Below are positions 47,801 through 57,000 of a DNA stretch of 64,000 nucleotides, piece after piece. How positions within the stretch are numbered: position 1 is the stretch's first letter; each line of letters starts with the position of its first letter. The notes beneath the pieces were generated by a model. The model was not told where the DNA came from. It saw only the letters and a list, made by a program, of their open reading frames with translations, and ran no database searches. Position numbers and translations under genes: made by a program. The stretch is taken from IMG/VR virus record IMGVR_UViG_3300009703_004110, positions 62,001 to 126,000 of that record; one strand, given 5' to 3'.

Positions 47801-48502
47801 GTCTGGAGAAATCTCCTCCTCTTTGACCAGTGCCTGCTGAAGAGCAACTGGAAAGAACGGCATGGCCTGAAGATTCTCAAAATCATTATCAGAAGTATAC
47901 TCTAGTTTATCATACTTAGATAGAGATGTGGACGGATCTTCAGAAATTCTTGTAACTTCGTATGCATTTTCATTTGCCATACGGTCACTTGCGCCAGGAC
48001 CACGAACTCGTACTTCGTCTTCGACCTCTATAGAGATATAGTTATTGCTCAAATTCCTACTTATCGCAATTTGCGCCTTTAGCATTTCATCTGCTTGTAC
48101 AGAGATAATCTCTCTCAGGGTTGTGTTCTCTACGTCAAATAATTGCGGTACATTGTCAAGCAGCCTATCTCGAATAGGGTTTACTTTGTCTATACCAACG
48201 AAGAATAGTTCGCGTGAAATAGAGTCATCAAGCAGCCTTTCGCCCTTTTCGGAAGCAAAAATTATATCTGTCGTGTCAAGAAATTTAAGTAGGTAATAGT
48301 TGCCAGAGACATGTGGGCGTGTTTTGACTAAAGCTACCTTTCCATCAAGGGTGACTCCAGTAACTTCAAGATCAGATACAGCCCCGCCCAGTGATTCAAC
48401 TTCAAAATTCTCTTTTGAAATCTTCTCAGAAAGGCTATCGCTGAATGTGATCTTTAGTTCTGTAGTTGATGGAATGGAAAAAGCAATTGGTCTTAAAGCC
48501 AT
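38855..48502 (-). CDS. 3215-aa giant baseplate wedge-like virion protein with LamG/ConA-like segments
   Basis: Follows baseplate J; C-terminal ..LKPAHS motif typical of P2 gpI/T4 gp7-like wedge proteins; LamG strands EGT(V/I)E.W, HHIAASW, LFVDG, DG.IDEFRI; Ig-like N-terminus. Confidence 0.6.
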   Translation of the reverse strand: MALRPIAFSIPSTTELKITFSDSLSEKISKENFEVESLGGAVSDLEVTGVTLDGKVALVKTRPHVSGNYYLLKFLDTTDIIFASEKGERLLDDSISRELFFVGIDKVNPIRDRLLDNVPQLFDVENTTLREIISVQADEMLKAQIAISRNLSNNYISIEVEDEVRVRGPGASDRMANENAYEVTRISEDPSTSLSKYDKLEYTSDNDFENLQAMPFFPVALQQALVKEEEISPDSEGNSFDGYLLSLAKNNVIRILSVLHIRNGEIEDCDGNLGDEYDLDKHKYTILSNRYDQLNAFSFSKLKSNQVLLSEFGNISRPGSLDTIKVSYLYKDLGRYILENSVSVSKIKSVVNEPVPSNAVSFFLDNAPVVDSSNDVFSSKGGVTFKLTEKSDETPPEFATEVLFGSSRMPLLSGEYSVNYETGEVFVLGVEIGEGTARNNYVMDYNYRKEFSQDVDYSIDGQDLVGHPDRSIISEEAEIEINYDKVFAEGTDYKVSSHIEVINEQVENNLSGSFSVLPQNAPVTDVFRILNQTTGEIYNPLYHSDTEIFFSGNRSPEIIEVNSEVARFERVINEELEVIGAFVSPAFTVEITSTASINSTQFTPGIPAELITFTSDSYFVRGTTTNDDVVIEDTQIKFFGDPDSNNLITSFAMNSAATPPSSGSTVIIGLNTYQIYLDQEGIMNNNLDALGSLVNSSISFSEKTLFLDEKYFSPVSSTGGIDDTTDGGISKALTIDKTTDFYENLSRLRKIGDYAIDYENGIVYLATSNTQNITIGNTSYNYFGVKARNGNVLDAAGAAKKSNSPDLLEDARIIYDLLSNDTEIIKILDIEQSTAIWEEDVEAADLDGEFQTIYEVLEDYTIVVPHDVQSILSINKVTDLTGTGLDRNDIENRVAESSASDLLKIAADGGKNLYDNSIVTFEKNVIDLKTIKERRAYANSDGDFVITIYDSNVSSLHKVVEVKTELDLFDDKLNITKFSGIKVVAAESAGSGAATAFISTDDLDDIDASGDFLLDSDGNRFEITAADTTLSTLTLVSPAINNSNADLPELDSSGEGTAIVVKPTVDISGGVLTITIPSDAPINSGDVLRVIYLTTLIPDVGEALAIDFRYGFVYVDYNYVKDKLSISYEYGDNQIDWSISDARLEGDSYYVSYRYGAGREALRANFGSLTDIPFFGTFPLNIDRELYRDAISGTLQAFPKGPTIPAFEDLVKSFTKINPAIDEMIFGNWILGRDHLHIDKPQFSGDLEFQDGKFEDGLLFQEDTTVDIPAISSLALEEGTVEGWVRPNWSGIDNDADLTFSIDNLGKQKFFTDPKDKLFASGWDIPEADDLQGGIDDTGLGFRFFNYRSDDSVATGLAQGYFALVNQINHYNEATDSIHEVRIKLPYAAIRHHSQVETYELESSYTFTKFGMLDGTKLIGGELVLKELFEGTSFNTSEYDISSTNLPQYDRPHYLRSCSCSITDNVALLEKFNSEIIEIDLGVSIDFKTHTDKLTLIDFVPESLVVIDTTGTHWQVIGFELDNGDIVNDVIPSSARKVLVERFPINGQHMSQQGRDAINANLPSGLLNIYAKAFRVSSTSNSSSLRAFSNLEYSMINWSEYKNIKLVKILKDNIVDIRIDGAIFKFFYSDLEDAVTLPLTTMKLVTQPFGGILSVPVNNLYAEVQIFRNRITVENRYSLSDVYIGRDGYNPTTSPFTINREDSPKTSIGLPKNIDTDDGIFIGYDELCVSPLSDIAGQWIFRARSTRGLDIPDGVVFHDDGTYTSIFTTFEVDHKFSGEIDTDGAFSSVVRASRDEIDGCTDAGECSASFRYCSEELLENIGWVNLEEVDSDLINVILGGRETFYEPWIKVGDFLTTVSDGIYRMSSADPDECKDENGNFLYTRIPCGGGNIEFINSMRVAQVDTDIQDSGVGTFSGAVSGVITGIVPIHIANTYADIKIVLGVTSTAEPLVIIYDNSLGMIVDYISYDWNDNAYHEYKVVITESTQIFQLYVDELLLSQVSISEFDTPESMEDPKLAVHVLDGDILSVAEFNAANESNIIDVDLIEYSGNNFDGTDQLESTDIFVNTDSNIRFEFNIDSLDGYFDAYGSSDGYIVPVVGVDEILMSADSAKYFIDSAMDDHHGRISIFKDGKGFLNFRIYDESLSLGQEVGMYNLGTNIKHWVAGELHHIAASWKLNSIDEQDEMHLFVDGIEAPNIYKFGGTVPLKVNAKFSDVSKETLHNFLVDDIEFCDTYTEGTVSAGGTSFSSSKLTFTDDMVGRSILITGSTIGSNLINGEYIIKSVVGGAAILGSGSSFETITFSVSASDIEFKFPPTAGLLSPVLTDLRNSKFTIYRTLSDSSIEELGGILYEVSDGEIDIISGTNIEKPQFRANLDTRVVEFVGEDGNCDTVATVLLSDIDIHLETFGLNLQRCKQILDLSASSYLTDDSPHSGKSVARVYGTEPLSLADVKLTRIIMDRTVIDIGGTELRADGNYLATFSISLDKETNNVSSNPGRVNKQDLGRLLNLWFDSDNIVFCDTDGYTDGYVTGGQNLITVYGETTDNADEETFIISRNGYFSGELFFTDVDRIEGSVIIADPDYFELGVVSIEEVNPITVSDNSGDYAEIFDYQNGTYTITTQGSNGLFPFELHQGKYRIDYPSYLRVSVPQIGSRLYIGSDNHGEHSWDGVIDEFRIISELSSDTRSYETETAGTRSITKDFNTTNPFCADEQTLALIHFNNPIEQQNRKLRTKEYLDEDNNVKFKLTVSQREELLTLIGSSDEFVSAMIHMGFDQDMAEKTYYEALYAGDGPIMNKAFYYNNFSETQIGSESVNDSFGKSGYFKSGSGLLFDNDLAHFRASEGTIEFWVSPVLDTKIDQDRRYYVDIADIKRERIKSESSTIIELPNPASEVVSVKLLTAAARFESMYSDSEINSILFDEISRREISGRLEGGTGVDKDFSIGSKLSADGKTIHLSDALPGQVIDVVVTYIPLDSSGDRVSIFKNEYSQIVFGITADGVDNVVTSDVNWKKNTWHRVMCVYKTGTKSSDTMRIFVDGVEGGIIRYGTGLIYGTGYIYGQYIQNSGQAKSKDYRIDLGSEFRIISIGSDVYGDNTARSRLDNMRFSRIMRNTTRDSLGNFVDTNYSSNTDTIFPVVEDDATSFILDFDADGEKLDKFATIIDPKNGIFDFDILIIDNFDKVVGKNDGEVEDLIIDLVDRLKPAHSNALVKFVKSEC

Positions 48503-51500
48503 TATGTAATCCTAAAGTCTCTCCTGGTTACCACTTCAAATGAGACGCTATTAGCAGTGATGGTCTGATTGTCTAGCGCCGTTATGAAGGATTTTCTACC
48601 AGTCTGGTCTGCTTCGTTAAAGAGAGATACGTTTACAGAGTCTACGCCCGTGATCGATGTCGCAACTGATATAATGTCTGAATAATCTACTGTACTTCCT
48701 AATGCTGAAGTATTCATAAGGTTTACTACCGCGTTCTCAACATTTTCTCTAATCGTGTCTGATGCACTTTCGGCATCTTCATTAATTAGTAGTTCACCAG
48801 CAACGTCAACAGGTAGTTCAAACGCTTCTTTAACTAAAACATCAGCAGTAATTGATCTAACATCTTCTAATCCTGATGTTACATCAATTATTAGTCTATT
48901 TAGATTATACCTAATTGTTAACCTTTCTCCTTCTTTTGGCGCTGTAAAATTATAATCGCTAGAATAAGTTCCGCCGTTTTCTGGCTGCTGCTTAATATCA
49001 ACTGAAACAGAACCGACCAGAGAACCAATAGAGTTTCTAAATCCAGAAGATGCAGAGATTGTTTCTATACGTCCAAACACTTTATCTGTATATACTGTTC
49101 CATCTCCACTGAAATAAAGATCTTCAAAGTCTCCATTATTAAATAATAAGAGAGATATCTTAAGCTGCTCTCCACTAGATGGACTTATATCAGAATTATC
49201 GTCAGTAGAAACTAGAGTAAACTCAGAGTTAGAAAGGCTGGCATCTAGATATGCTGAACGAGGATCGTATACATTAGTGGCTAGAGAGTATCCGGAAACA
49301 TCGTATACCTCTCCAGTGTCTATAACTTCAACTCTATCAACTCTCGCTATACCGAGTCCAGCAGTGACCTCAGATACATCAAAATGTTTTTTTAATTCAG
49401 ATTTAAGATCTACTGTTGAGCCGCTCAAAGCAGTGCCGGCAAAGACTGTAAACTCTTTTCGTGTTAAAGTTTCGCCAGTCACTTTTATTTTTCCGTCGGT
49501 AGTTGAGCCTGTGACGTTCACAGCGAGTCTTCCAATACCAAATCTAGATAGACCATTTATAACGTTACTAGAATCAAATGTATAAAAGATTGGCTGGTTG
49601 CTACTATCAATCAAGGAAAGACTTGAGTCAACTATAATATTTGATGTTGCTAATCCTGATGCAGGGAGATCTGAAAGAGATTGGGATGGAAGAATCGTAG
49701 TTATATTTGCAATGTAATCAATATAGATATCATCTTCTGTTAAGAATAGATCATCTACAGTTTCGAGAACCTCCCCTCCTTCCAGGATGTCTGATGATGG
49801 CATAATAATTATATTGTTTGAGAATGAACCATCGGAATCATCAATGTTATACAGCTCCACTTTATTATAAAGTACGGTATAAGTATCTCCGCTCACACCA
49901 GAACTATCAGATGGGAAAAAGATAGTTTTGCCACTAAAAGTTCCATCTGCTGCATTTGTATTATAAACTTCAACGCCAGTTTCGCTAATAATAGACTCTA
50001 CATTTAGTATATTATCATCTTCATCAGAAATTATAACCCCAACTGTAGTTGTGTCTAACGTTAGCTCAATAGTCTCAGCTTCAACTTCTACGGAGGTAGC
50101 TGAAAAGATTGAGATAACCCTGGAAATATCGTATTCCGTAGTTACTTTAAATTCTATTTCATCATCAGTCTTTTCCATAAGACCAATCTCTCGTGTAATA
50201 CCGTTACCAACACCCCAGTCTATTGAATCAGTGACGTCTTCATCCAAGAAGATAGACGGACTTGCTTCTCCATTATAGTCAACATACCTGTCATATACAA
50301 GTCGCCAAACATAATCTATGCTCAAAATATCAGCAGAAGTAGGAAGCGTTTTTCCGGATATTTCAATTTGGCCAGTGTCATTAAGGCCAGTGTCCTCATC
50401 GAGATTTTGATCTTCAATGGTATATACTTCGCCAGTCGTACTATTTGTAACGCTCGTTACGGAAATAATTGGTTTATGTGATAATTGAATTATACTTCTA
50501 TCAACTGATGAGACTGTTGAGTTTTCTCCAGTTACTTGTATATCCTCATAAACATCATCGAGATCATCAATATCAGAGAATCTTAAAGCGTCGATACTAT
50601 TGGTATCCTGCTTTATAATGGTTTCACCAATAACATCTTTAGTGTTCGAGATAAAGATAATTTCATCAAATCCAAATGGGCTTCCACCGGTTTCTACATT
50701 CTCATCTTTAACCAGTTTATAATTACCCGTAGTTACACCATCATCATCTGTAGATGATTCCGCTAATATTCCTGAGGCGCTACCAATTACAGAGACTATA
50801 GAATCAATTGGCTGCAAAGGAACGGCCCCGGCCTTGAAAGCCTCAACTCGTCTTTCTTCTGATGTTAGAGAGTCATCAAGTCCTTGTAGTCCTGGGGTTA
50901 CATTATTACGTTCATCAGTAGCATCACCAATTCCAGATAAATCTGTGAAAATTGAAGACTCTACAACCTCTTCCAGTTTTGATCCAAGAATATATAAGTC
51001 TACTTTTCCGCCGGTACCAGAATTTAAAATTCTAAATGAGCCATCATTAACTTCTATAGTTTCGGTTCCGTCTCTTTCCATCAGAGTATTGCCAGGCTCT
51101 ACAACCAAGACGTCTAGCACGCCGTCAATGGCTAGTGCAGCGTTTCTGTAGCCTGCAGCAGTACCTGTGTTGGCGCCGCTAAAGACGGCAAAAATTCTGC
51201 TTCTAAAGGCATTATCACTTTCTGTATTGGAGCCGCCATTAAAAGCTCTAATATTGGTAACCTTGGCAGAGTCATCTAGATTCGAACTTATAATTTGAAA
51301 CGTAGAAATATTCCCAGAGGTGCCAGATCTGGTCGCCTCAACAGGAACTTCTATAGCATAAGAATCATTAATACCCGCAAGGTTTAGTGATTTTTTAAGC
51401 CTATTGGCCGTAGCAGAATGCTTATTCTTCTCAACGGCAGACAGTAGAAAGTTTCCAATTGTTTTAAATGTTGTACCATTACGAGCAGTCACAACTGTTC

Positions 51501-51816
51501 CGCTCGGAATAGAAGTATCTGCAGTCAAGTCATCAATAGTGAAAGCAATAATTCCGGACGCTGGGACGCCAGACTTACGAACAATTCCGAAGTTACGAGC
51601 CCATCGATCTAAGTCGCGTCCAACAGCTTTCTCTGGAGATTGTTTTTCTGAAACAAGCATCAGGGATTTATGAAGCCTCTCAATTTGCTCAGCTTGAATG
51701 TCTATAAACAAATCTCTAGCCACAGTGCCAGGCTTGGTATCTAGGTTTGGCTGAGTCAATCTTAGCCTGTCAGTCATAGAGTTGACGATTTCACTATATG
51801 ATCTAAATAAAGCCAC
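48502..51816 (-). CDS. Baseplate J-like (T4 gp6 / P2 gpJ) protein, enlarged to 1104 aa
   Basis: DTKPGTVARDL, GRDLDRWARNFG..RKSG..ASG, IPSGTVV, VPVEA..SG..GNI, GG...ESD..FRSRI, GKVDLYI; C-terminal D...G..VDYSDI....GVD.V. Confidence 0.85.
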   Translation of the reverse strand: MALFRSYSEIVNSMTDRLRLTQPNLDTKPGTVARDLFIDIQAEQIERLHKSLMLVSEKQSPEKAVGRDLDRWARNFGIVRKSGVPASGIIAFTIDDLTADTSIPSGTVVTARNGTTFKTIGNFLLSAVEKNKHSATANRLKKSLNLAGINDSYAIEVPVEATRSGTSGNISTFQIISSNLDDSAKVTNIRAFNGGSNTESDNAFRSRIFAVFSGANTGTAAGYRNAALAIDGVLDVLVVEPGNTLMERDGTETIEVNDGSFRILNSGTGGKVDLYILGSKLEEVVESSIFTDLSGIGDATDERNNVTPGLQGLDDSLTSEERRVEAFKAGAVPLQPIDSIVSVIGSASGILAESSTDDDGVTTGNYKLVKDENVETGGSPFGFDEIIFISNTKDVIGETIIKQDTNSIDALRFSDIDDLDDVYEDIQVTGENSTVSSVDRSIIQLSHKPIISVTSVTNSTTGEVYTIEDQNLDEDTGLNDTGQIEISGKTLPTSADILSIDYVWRLVYDRYVDYNGEASPSIFLDEDVTDSIDWGVGNGITREIGLMEKTDDEIEFKVTTEYDISRVISIFSATSVEVEAETIELTLDTTTVGVIISDEDDNILNVESIISETGVEVYNTNAADGTFSGKTIFFPSDSSGVSGDTYTVLYNKVELYNIDDSDGSFSNNIIIMPSSDILEGGEVLETVDDLFLTEDDIYIDYIANITTILPSQSLSDLPASGLATSNIIVDSSLSLIDSSNQPIFYTFDSSNVINGLSRFGIGRLAVNVTGSTTDGKIKVTGETLTRKEFTVFAGTALSGSTVDLKSELKKHFDVSEVTAGLGIARVDRVEVIDTGEVYDVSGYSLATNVYDPRSAYLDASLSNSEFTLVSTDDNSDISPSSGEQLKISLLLFNNGDFEDLYFSGDGTVYTDKVFGRIETISASSGFRNSIGSLVGSVSVDIKQQPENGGTYSSDYNFTAPKEGERLTIRYNLNRLIIDVTSGLEDVRSITADVLVKEAFELPVDVAGELLINEDAESASDTIRENVENAVVNLMNTSALGSTVDYSDIISVATSITGVDSVNVSLFNEADQTGRKSFITALDNQTITANSVSFEVVTRRDFRIT

Positions 51817-51825
51817 ATTAACTCC

Positions 51826-52257
51826 TTAAGAAATTCTAACAGTCACGTTCTCTGTGATGTTATCCAGCTTCTCTGTTAAAACAGATATAAATATATTATA
51901 CAACCTTGGGTCTATCTGGTCCCTCTCAACAGATACTCCAACCACATTTAAAATAACTTCCGATGGAGATAGGAACTGCCTTCTAGCTTGTGATCTTTGA
52001 AGAGACATAATCTTTCTAACCGCTTGTTCTGCAGACGATGACATGTCAAGCTCCATCATCTCTGCGTCCAAAACAGAACCTATCTGTAAGGCACCTGTCT
52101 GGCTTCCATAAGATGGATGATATTTATTCTCACCCAATTCGGTTAACATTATTTTTATGATATCTTGCTTCAATTTGCTATTGCCAATTACAATATCAAC
52201 ACTTCCATCTTTACTTATAGAAATGTCACCTTTGACAATTTTAAGATCAAAAGACAT
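51826..52257 (-). CDS. gp25/gpW-like baseplate wedge subunit
   Basis: 143 aa; FDLKI..GDI, KL.QDI.KI.LT.LG.N.YHP.YGS; immediately upstream of J. Confidence 0.78.
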   Translation of the reverse strand: MSFDLKIVKGDISISKDGSVDIVIGNSKLKQDIIKIMLTELGENKYHPSYGSQTGALQIGSVLDAEMMELDMSSSAEQAVRKIMSLQRSQARRQFLSPSEVILNVVGVSVERDQIDPRLYNIFISVLTEKLDNITENVTVRIS

Positions 52258-52324
52258 AGATACCCCTCATTATAGTATACTGTTTCTCGTAAGTATCCTA
52301 TGAAAATAATAGAAAGAAAGGGCA

Positions 52325-54055
52325 TTAAGTATCAAGTATCTGATCGTCACTATCAAATGCTTTTTGAAACTCCTGATAACCAGCTAGTACCAAACTAGTA
52401 AACTCGTTAACTGAATCAACCATATCACTCTTCGTAACTACTGAAGCTGGCAGATCAGCATATTCATTGTTCAGAAGATTTTCATAATCCTCTGAAGATA
52501 ATAATCCTATCAGGCCCTCTTCTGACATGGTAAATAGAGCTAAGCAGAATACTGCTACATCAATAGTTCCCACGCCCATTGCCACGCCAAGATCCCTGTT
52601 AATGCCCTTAACAGGATCTGAGCCAGGCCCATCCATCTGTTGCTCTAGAGTCTCGGCCTTTTCAGCAATCTCTCTCTGTATCCTCTTACGAGGGATATCT
52701 ACAATACCAAGAAGGCTGCTCATTAAATGTGCATCATGAATCGAAGAGTTCCTTTGACTTTGAATTTGAAGATCTAGGACTTCACTATTATCTCCAACGA
52801 GAGACATGATTGCGTCCTCTATCACAAGTTGATTTTCTAATAATTTAAGGCTTCGACAAACATCATCATCTTCTGCGCACGGCTCATTTTTACTCGACAC
52901 ATTTTCATTAGCACCATCGTCTCGTTCAACAATGGGATTCAGCCCCTCTACCTCCTGAGGTCCTACATTTTTTGGTATCAATCTAACCTTCTCAGAGACT
53001 TCGATAAAGTCATCAATATCATCTTGAAGTCTCTTTCCTAGACCGCCAATTGCTGCACGCAGCCTCAAGATAAATAGCGATTCTAACATACCATATGAAT
53101 TAGAATTGACAGGGGCAGCTTCATCTTCGCCAAAATCTACACCAACTTCAATGCCGCCCGTTTCTTCCGGAACTTCAAAGAAGCTATCAGTACCAGATAA
53201 ACGGTCTAGTCTAATTCTAATTACACTCTCCAACAATGTGGGATGTATCTTCGAGCTATTAACTACACGCCCACCAACTAGAGAAAATGGAGCTGCTACA
53301 ATCTTTTCAGTTTCACTAATGCAATCAGAGACTCTACTATCTTGTATGGCTGGTAATAGAAGATAAGAGAACTTAAAGATGTCATCTCCAAGTTCAGTAA
53401 TTCTGGCCTCTATCTTTTGAGCTTCTTCATCACCAGTAGATAGGTCTCCAGATATTACACCACTTAAAGATAAATCTAAAGCCTCGGACCCTTCTTCTAT
53501 AATGCTTATATACTCTGGAGTTAAATTATTTATATTATAGATAGAGTTATTTATAATAACATCTCTTTTGTCTCTTGTTTTATTTCGTTGATCAAGAATA
53601 GCTTCTTCAACTACTGAGAATTTCTGATCATACTGTGGCTCTCCGCTCTCATTTATATAGATTAGATCTGCAGCAGATGCTAATCGAGTGTTGGAAGAGG
53701 ATGGCATACCTAGCATCCTCATAAATGCATTCTCATATGACTCTTGTTCGGAGACTTGATCTGCTATAGATGATTCAAAAGTTCCAGTTTCATTTCTGAA
53801 GAAATCAATCGGTAAATAGCTGGAGCGCACTCTTTTTATACTTAAAGCTATATCAGAGAAGTTTTCAACTACTACATTAGTATCCTTAGTTTCATTTCTA
53901 TATGCAGTTATTAAAGAATCTAAGCTAAGAAATCGAAATGGGCCATTTCCAGACAAGGCTGCGCCCTCTCCGAACGCATCATTAAGAGCCTGCTGAGCAT
54001 TATTTATAGCATTAGCTAGCTGTGTTTCTCCAGCTGTATTAATATCATCAGCCAT
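52325..54055 (-). CDS. Hypothetical acidic virion protein (576 aa)
   Basis: Long intact ORF inside the baseplate module; no recognised motif. Confidence 0.55.
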   Translation of the reverse strand: MADDINTAGETQLANAINNAQQALNDAFGEGAALSGNGPFRFLSLDSLITAYRNETKDTNVVVENFSDIALSIKRVRSSYLPIDFFRNETGTFESSIADQVSEQESYENAFMRMLGMPSSSNTRLASAADLIYINESGEPQYDQKFSVVEEAILDQRNKTRDKRDVIINNSIYNINNLTPEYISIIEEGSEALDLSLSGVISGDLSTGDEEAQKIEARITELGDDIFKFSYLLLPAIQDSRVSDCISETEKIVAAPFSLVGGRVVNSSKIHPTLLESVIRIRLDRLSGTDSFFEVPEETGGIEVGVDFGEDEAAPVNSNSYGMLESLFILRLRAAIGGLGKRLQDDIDDFIEVSEKVRLIPKNVGPQEVEGLNPIVERDDGANENVSSKNEPCAEDDDVCRSLKLLENQLVIEDAIMSLVGDNSEVLDLQIQSQRNSSIHDAHLMSSLLGIVDIPRKRIQREIAEKAETLEQQMDGPGSDPVKGINRDLGVAMGVGTIDVAVFCLALFTMSEEGLIGLLSSEDYENLLNNEYADLPASVVTKSDMVDSVNEFTSLVLAGYQEFQKAFDSDDQILDT

Positions 54056-54057
54056 TT

Positions 54058-57000
54058 TTAGTTCTCCAATTTAGTTCCGAAGGCTTGTGGATCGGTGTGG
54101 GCAACTGTACCTGGGTCATCTCCGCTACCTAGCTTAACAGTGCTCTTCTTGATAAAGAAGACAGAAATGATTCTATCGACCTTAGTAAGCGCGCCAAGTG
54201 ACGGAGAACTTTCCGTTTCTTCTGTTCCAACATCCTCAATACAATCTACTTCCGAATCAGAAGATCCATCAGTTCCTTCTAGTCCAGCAAAGGTCACCGC
54301 TTGAATAGTTCTATCACAAACTTTAGCTCTTAATCTAACTTCTCCTACTGAGTTGGCCGTCACAAATGCTATATAGTCATCCCCGTCTTGCTCAAAGAAG
54401 GTTCCGTTTTCATTTTCAATAATTTCAGCATCGCCTGTATCATCAGATACAATCTCTAAGATTATTCTCTCAGTAAAATCTCCGCCTAGTGGAAGGTCTG
54501 ATGAATCTCGTGGAGTCACAATGATGGTGGCCTTTTCTCCAAGACCTAGGATCGCACTATCTCCATCACCTTCTGCATACTCGTTTGATCCAGTTATGTC
54601 TCTCGGATCTTCCTCAAAGCCAAGCTCCTCTAATTCATCTGAATCTACCTCAACTACAACAAACTCATCAAGAGGAGTATCGTCATCGTCTTCTGCTACC
54701 TTAAATGATGTATTCAAAGTATTAAGTGCGAATCTACACATTTTATCCACACCATCATTTAAACATTCTTCCATAGTAGCTACGGCCGTATCAAACAATG
54801 ATGAGTCTATTAGGTCGGGGATTTCTCCAGCATTTAATGATGCCCTCATTGTGTCTGCAAATCCGCGTACTGTATTTTGGAACTCCTCAAGACAGTCCTG
54901 GGTTTCCTCAACAATATCTATAATCTCTTCCGTATTATCTTCTTCTAGCAGGAAGCTATTCATGGAGGCGTTGTAACATGCCTGTTGTATTTCTTCGTGG
55001 CATTCTCTCATATCTAAGAAGTAAAGCTGAGGGAAGTCATAAACTCTTATCTCTACATCGTCTTCATTGATATCACCATCATCAGGATCTATATCCAAAG
55101 GCTGAGACTCTTTGGAGAACTTAAGCTTAGGTGCCGAAATATTATTAATCATTAAGGCCCTTATCTTAGATACTTTATCATCACTATCAAACTCTATGCC
55201 ACCCTTCTCTATAAAGTAAACATTAAACTCTTCATCTAAGATAACCATCTTTGGAATTTCATCAAATGTTCTTAGCTTAGATTCCATACCAACTACTTCC
55301 ACGTCTCCTGTTTCGTCATTGACTTCATATATTGGCACCTCCAGTCTTAGCTCGAGAGGCTTAACGGTTCCAAAGTCTCCATCTTTTGTGATGAATGTTG
55401 AGCCATCTATTGGACTTACGAAGTTACCTTTGCCTGATGCTATCTCAATATTTCCACTTCCATCTTCATCCATTAATGATAACGGAGAATCAGCAGATTG
55501 ATCTGGATCGATAATTTTACTTGGTATGAAGAAAGTAATCGGATCATATTTTTCACTGAATAAGAACTCAACGGCATTTGGAGTCTTAAAGGCCTTTCTT
55601 GACTTAGTAAATGAAATACCGAACTGAGCTAAGAAGCCAAGATCAACATCATTAGTAGCCCTTAAAGTGTCCTCATTAAGTTTCATAGACTCAATGTATC
55701 CACCTGGAGATTCTTCGTCGTCACTATTTTCTGCGCTTATAAATTGAGCAACAATCTGTCCTGAAACTGGTTGGGTTATAGTAGAGCCACCAGAAGCTGC
55801 CGCTGTCTCAATCGAGTCTTTGGTGTATGCCTGTCCAACTGGAATCATAGCACCGGCAGTAAAGGCGTTGCCATCATCCACCGCCTTGCCAGAAATAATA
55901 CCTGCCAACAATGTTCCGTCAAGTCCACAAGCAGCCTCTGCCTCTCCCGGGGTTACTTGACATGGGAATCTAAATACTAGTTGCAAAAGCTGCAAGAAAA
56001 TAGCCAGGATCGCAATCACCGGCGCTAGTATATCTAGATCGACATTTAGATCAAACAAGTACTCGGAGAGAACCTCCTCCAAGGCCTTTAGTGAGGCCCA
56101 ATCCTTGTTTTCTAATGCGGCCTTCATGGCAGGAACAATCGCATTAATAGCCAGGATGATTCCAAGAATCTTGTTAATGATACATTCTAGCAGGTTGAGT
56201 AAGTGAAGTATTAACTTCAAGTACATAACAGGGACAGATATCTGTGGTATCAATAAGACTAAATCAAAGACGCATTCAAACAACCTAATCATCGCCTTAG
56301 CTGTTTTAATCGGATTTAATAGTGCACAAAGAACATCAATAATACAGAAGATAACCTGAATAGGGATCATCAATACTTGGAATCCATTAAGTGCTAGTTT
56401 AAGATCGGCCATCAAATGCCAAGAAAGATCACAGAAGCTGTTTATAAGTTCCAGTGGAACCATTGATGTGTCCAATTCTACACTCAAAAACTTCAATGGG
56501 AATCTGGCTAGAATATCTTTAAGGTCTTGTACATCAGGAATTTTACCATTAAACTTTCCAAACAGACGCTCTTTCATCTTCTCTTCAATATCTATTACGA
56601 AGCTACTTCCAAGAATCTTCTTGGCCTTCAGCCTATCTGAATTTGTGCCAGATGCACAGAGAACCAGGCAGTCGTCAGTTGGAATAAACCCAGATAAAGT
56701 TGATGGAATTGTTGCCTGTACATCATACGTAGCAGTCTTACTTGCAACCTTAACTGGTGCAACAGCTTTGACTACAGAAGAACCAAGTTTAATTGAGAAG
56801 TTTTTCTTTACATTTTCAACTCTAAAGAATATAGTATCTCCGGCGTTTGCTGCAATCTGGTCTGGAAGAGTTGGCGGCTCAAGTCCTGCCATGCTTGTCG
56901 CTATTCCAACAATTCTAGGTATGTTAAAACCTAGTGATACAGGATTAACTATGCCCGCTCTACCAAATACCAAGGCCTTGGTGGCGCTAGCAATGTCACC

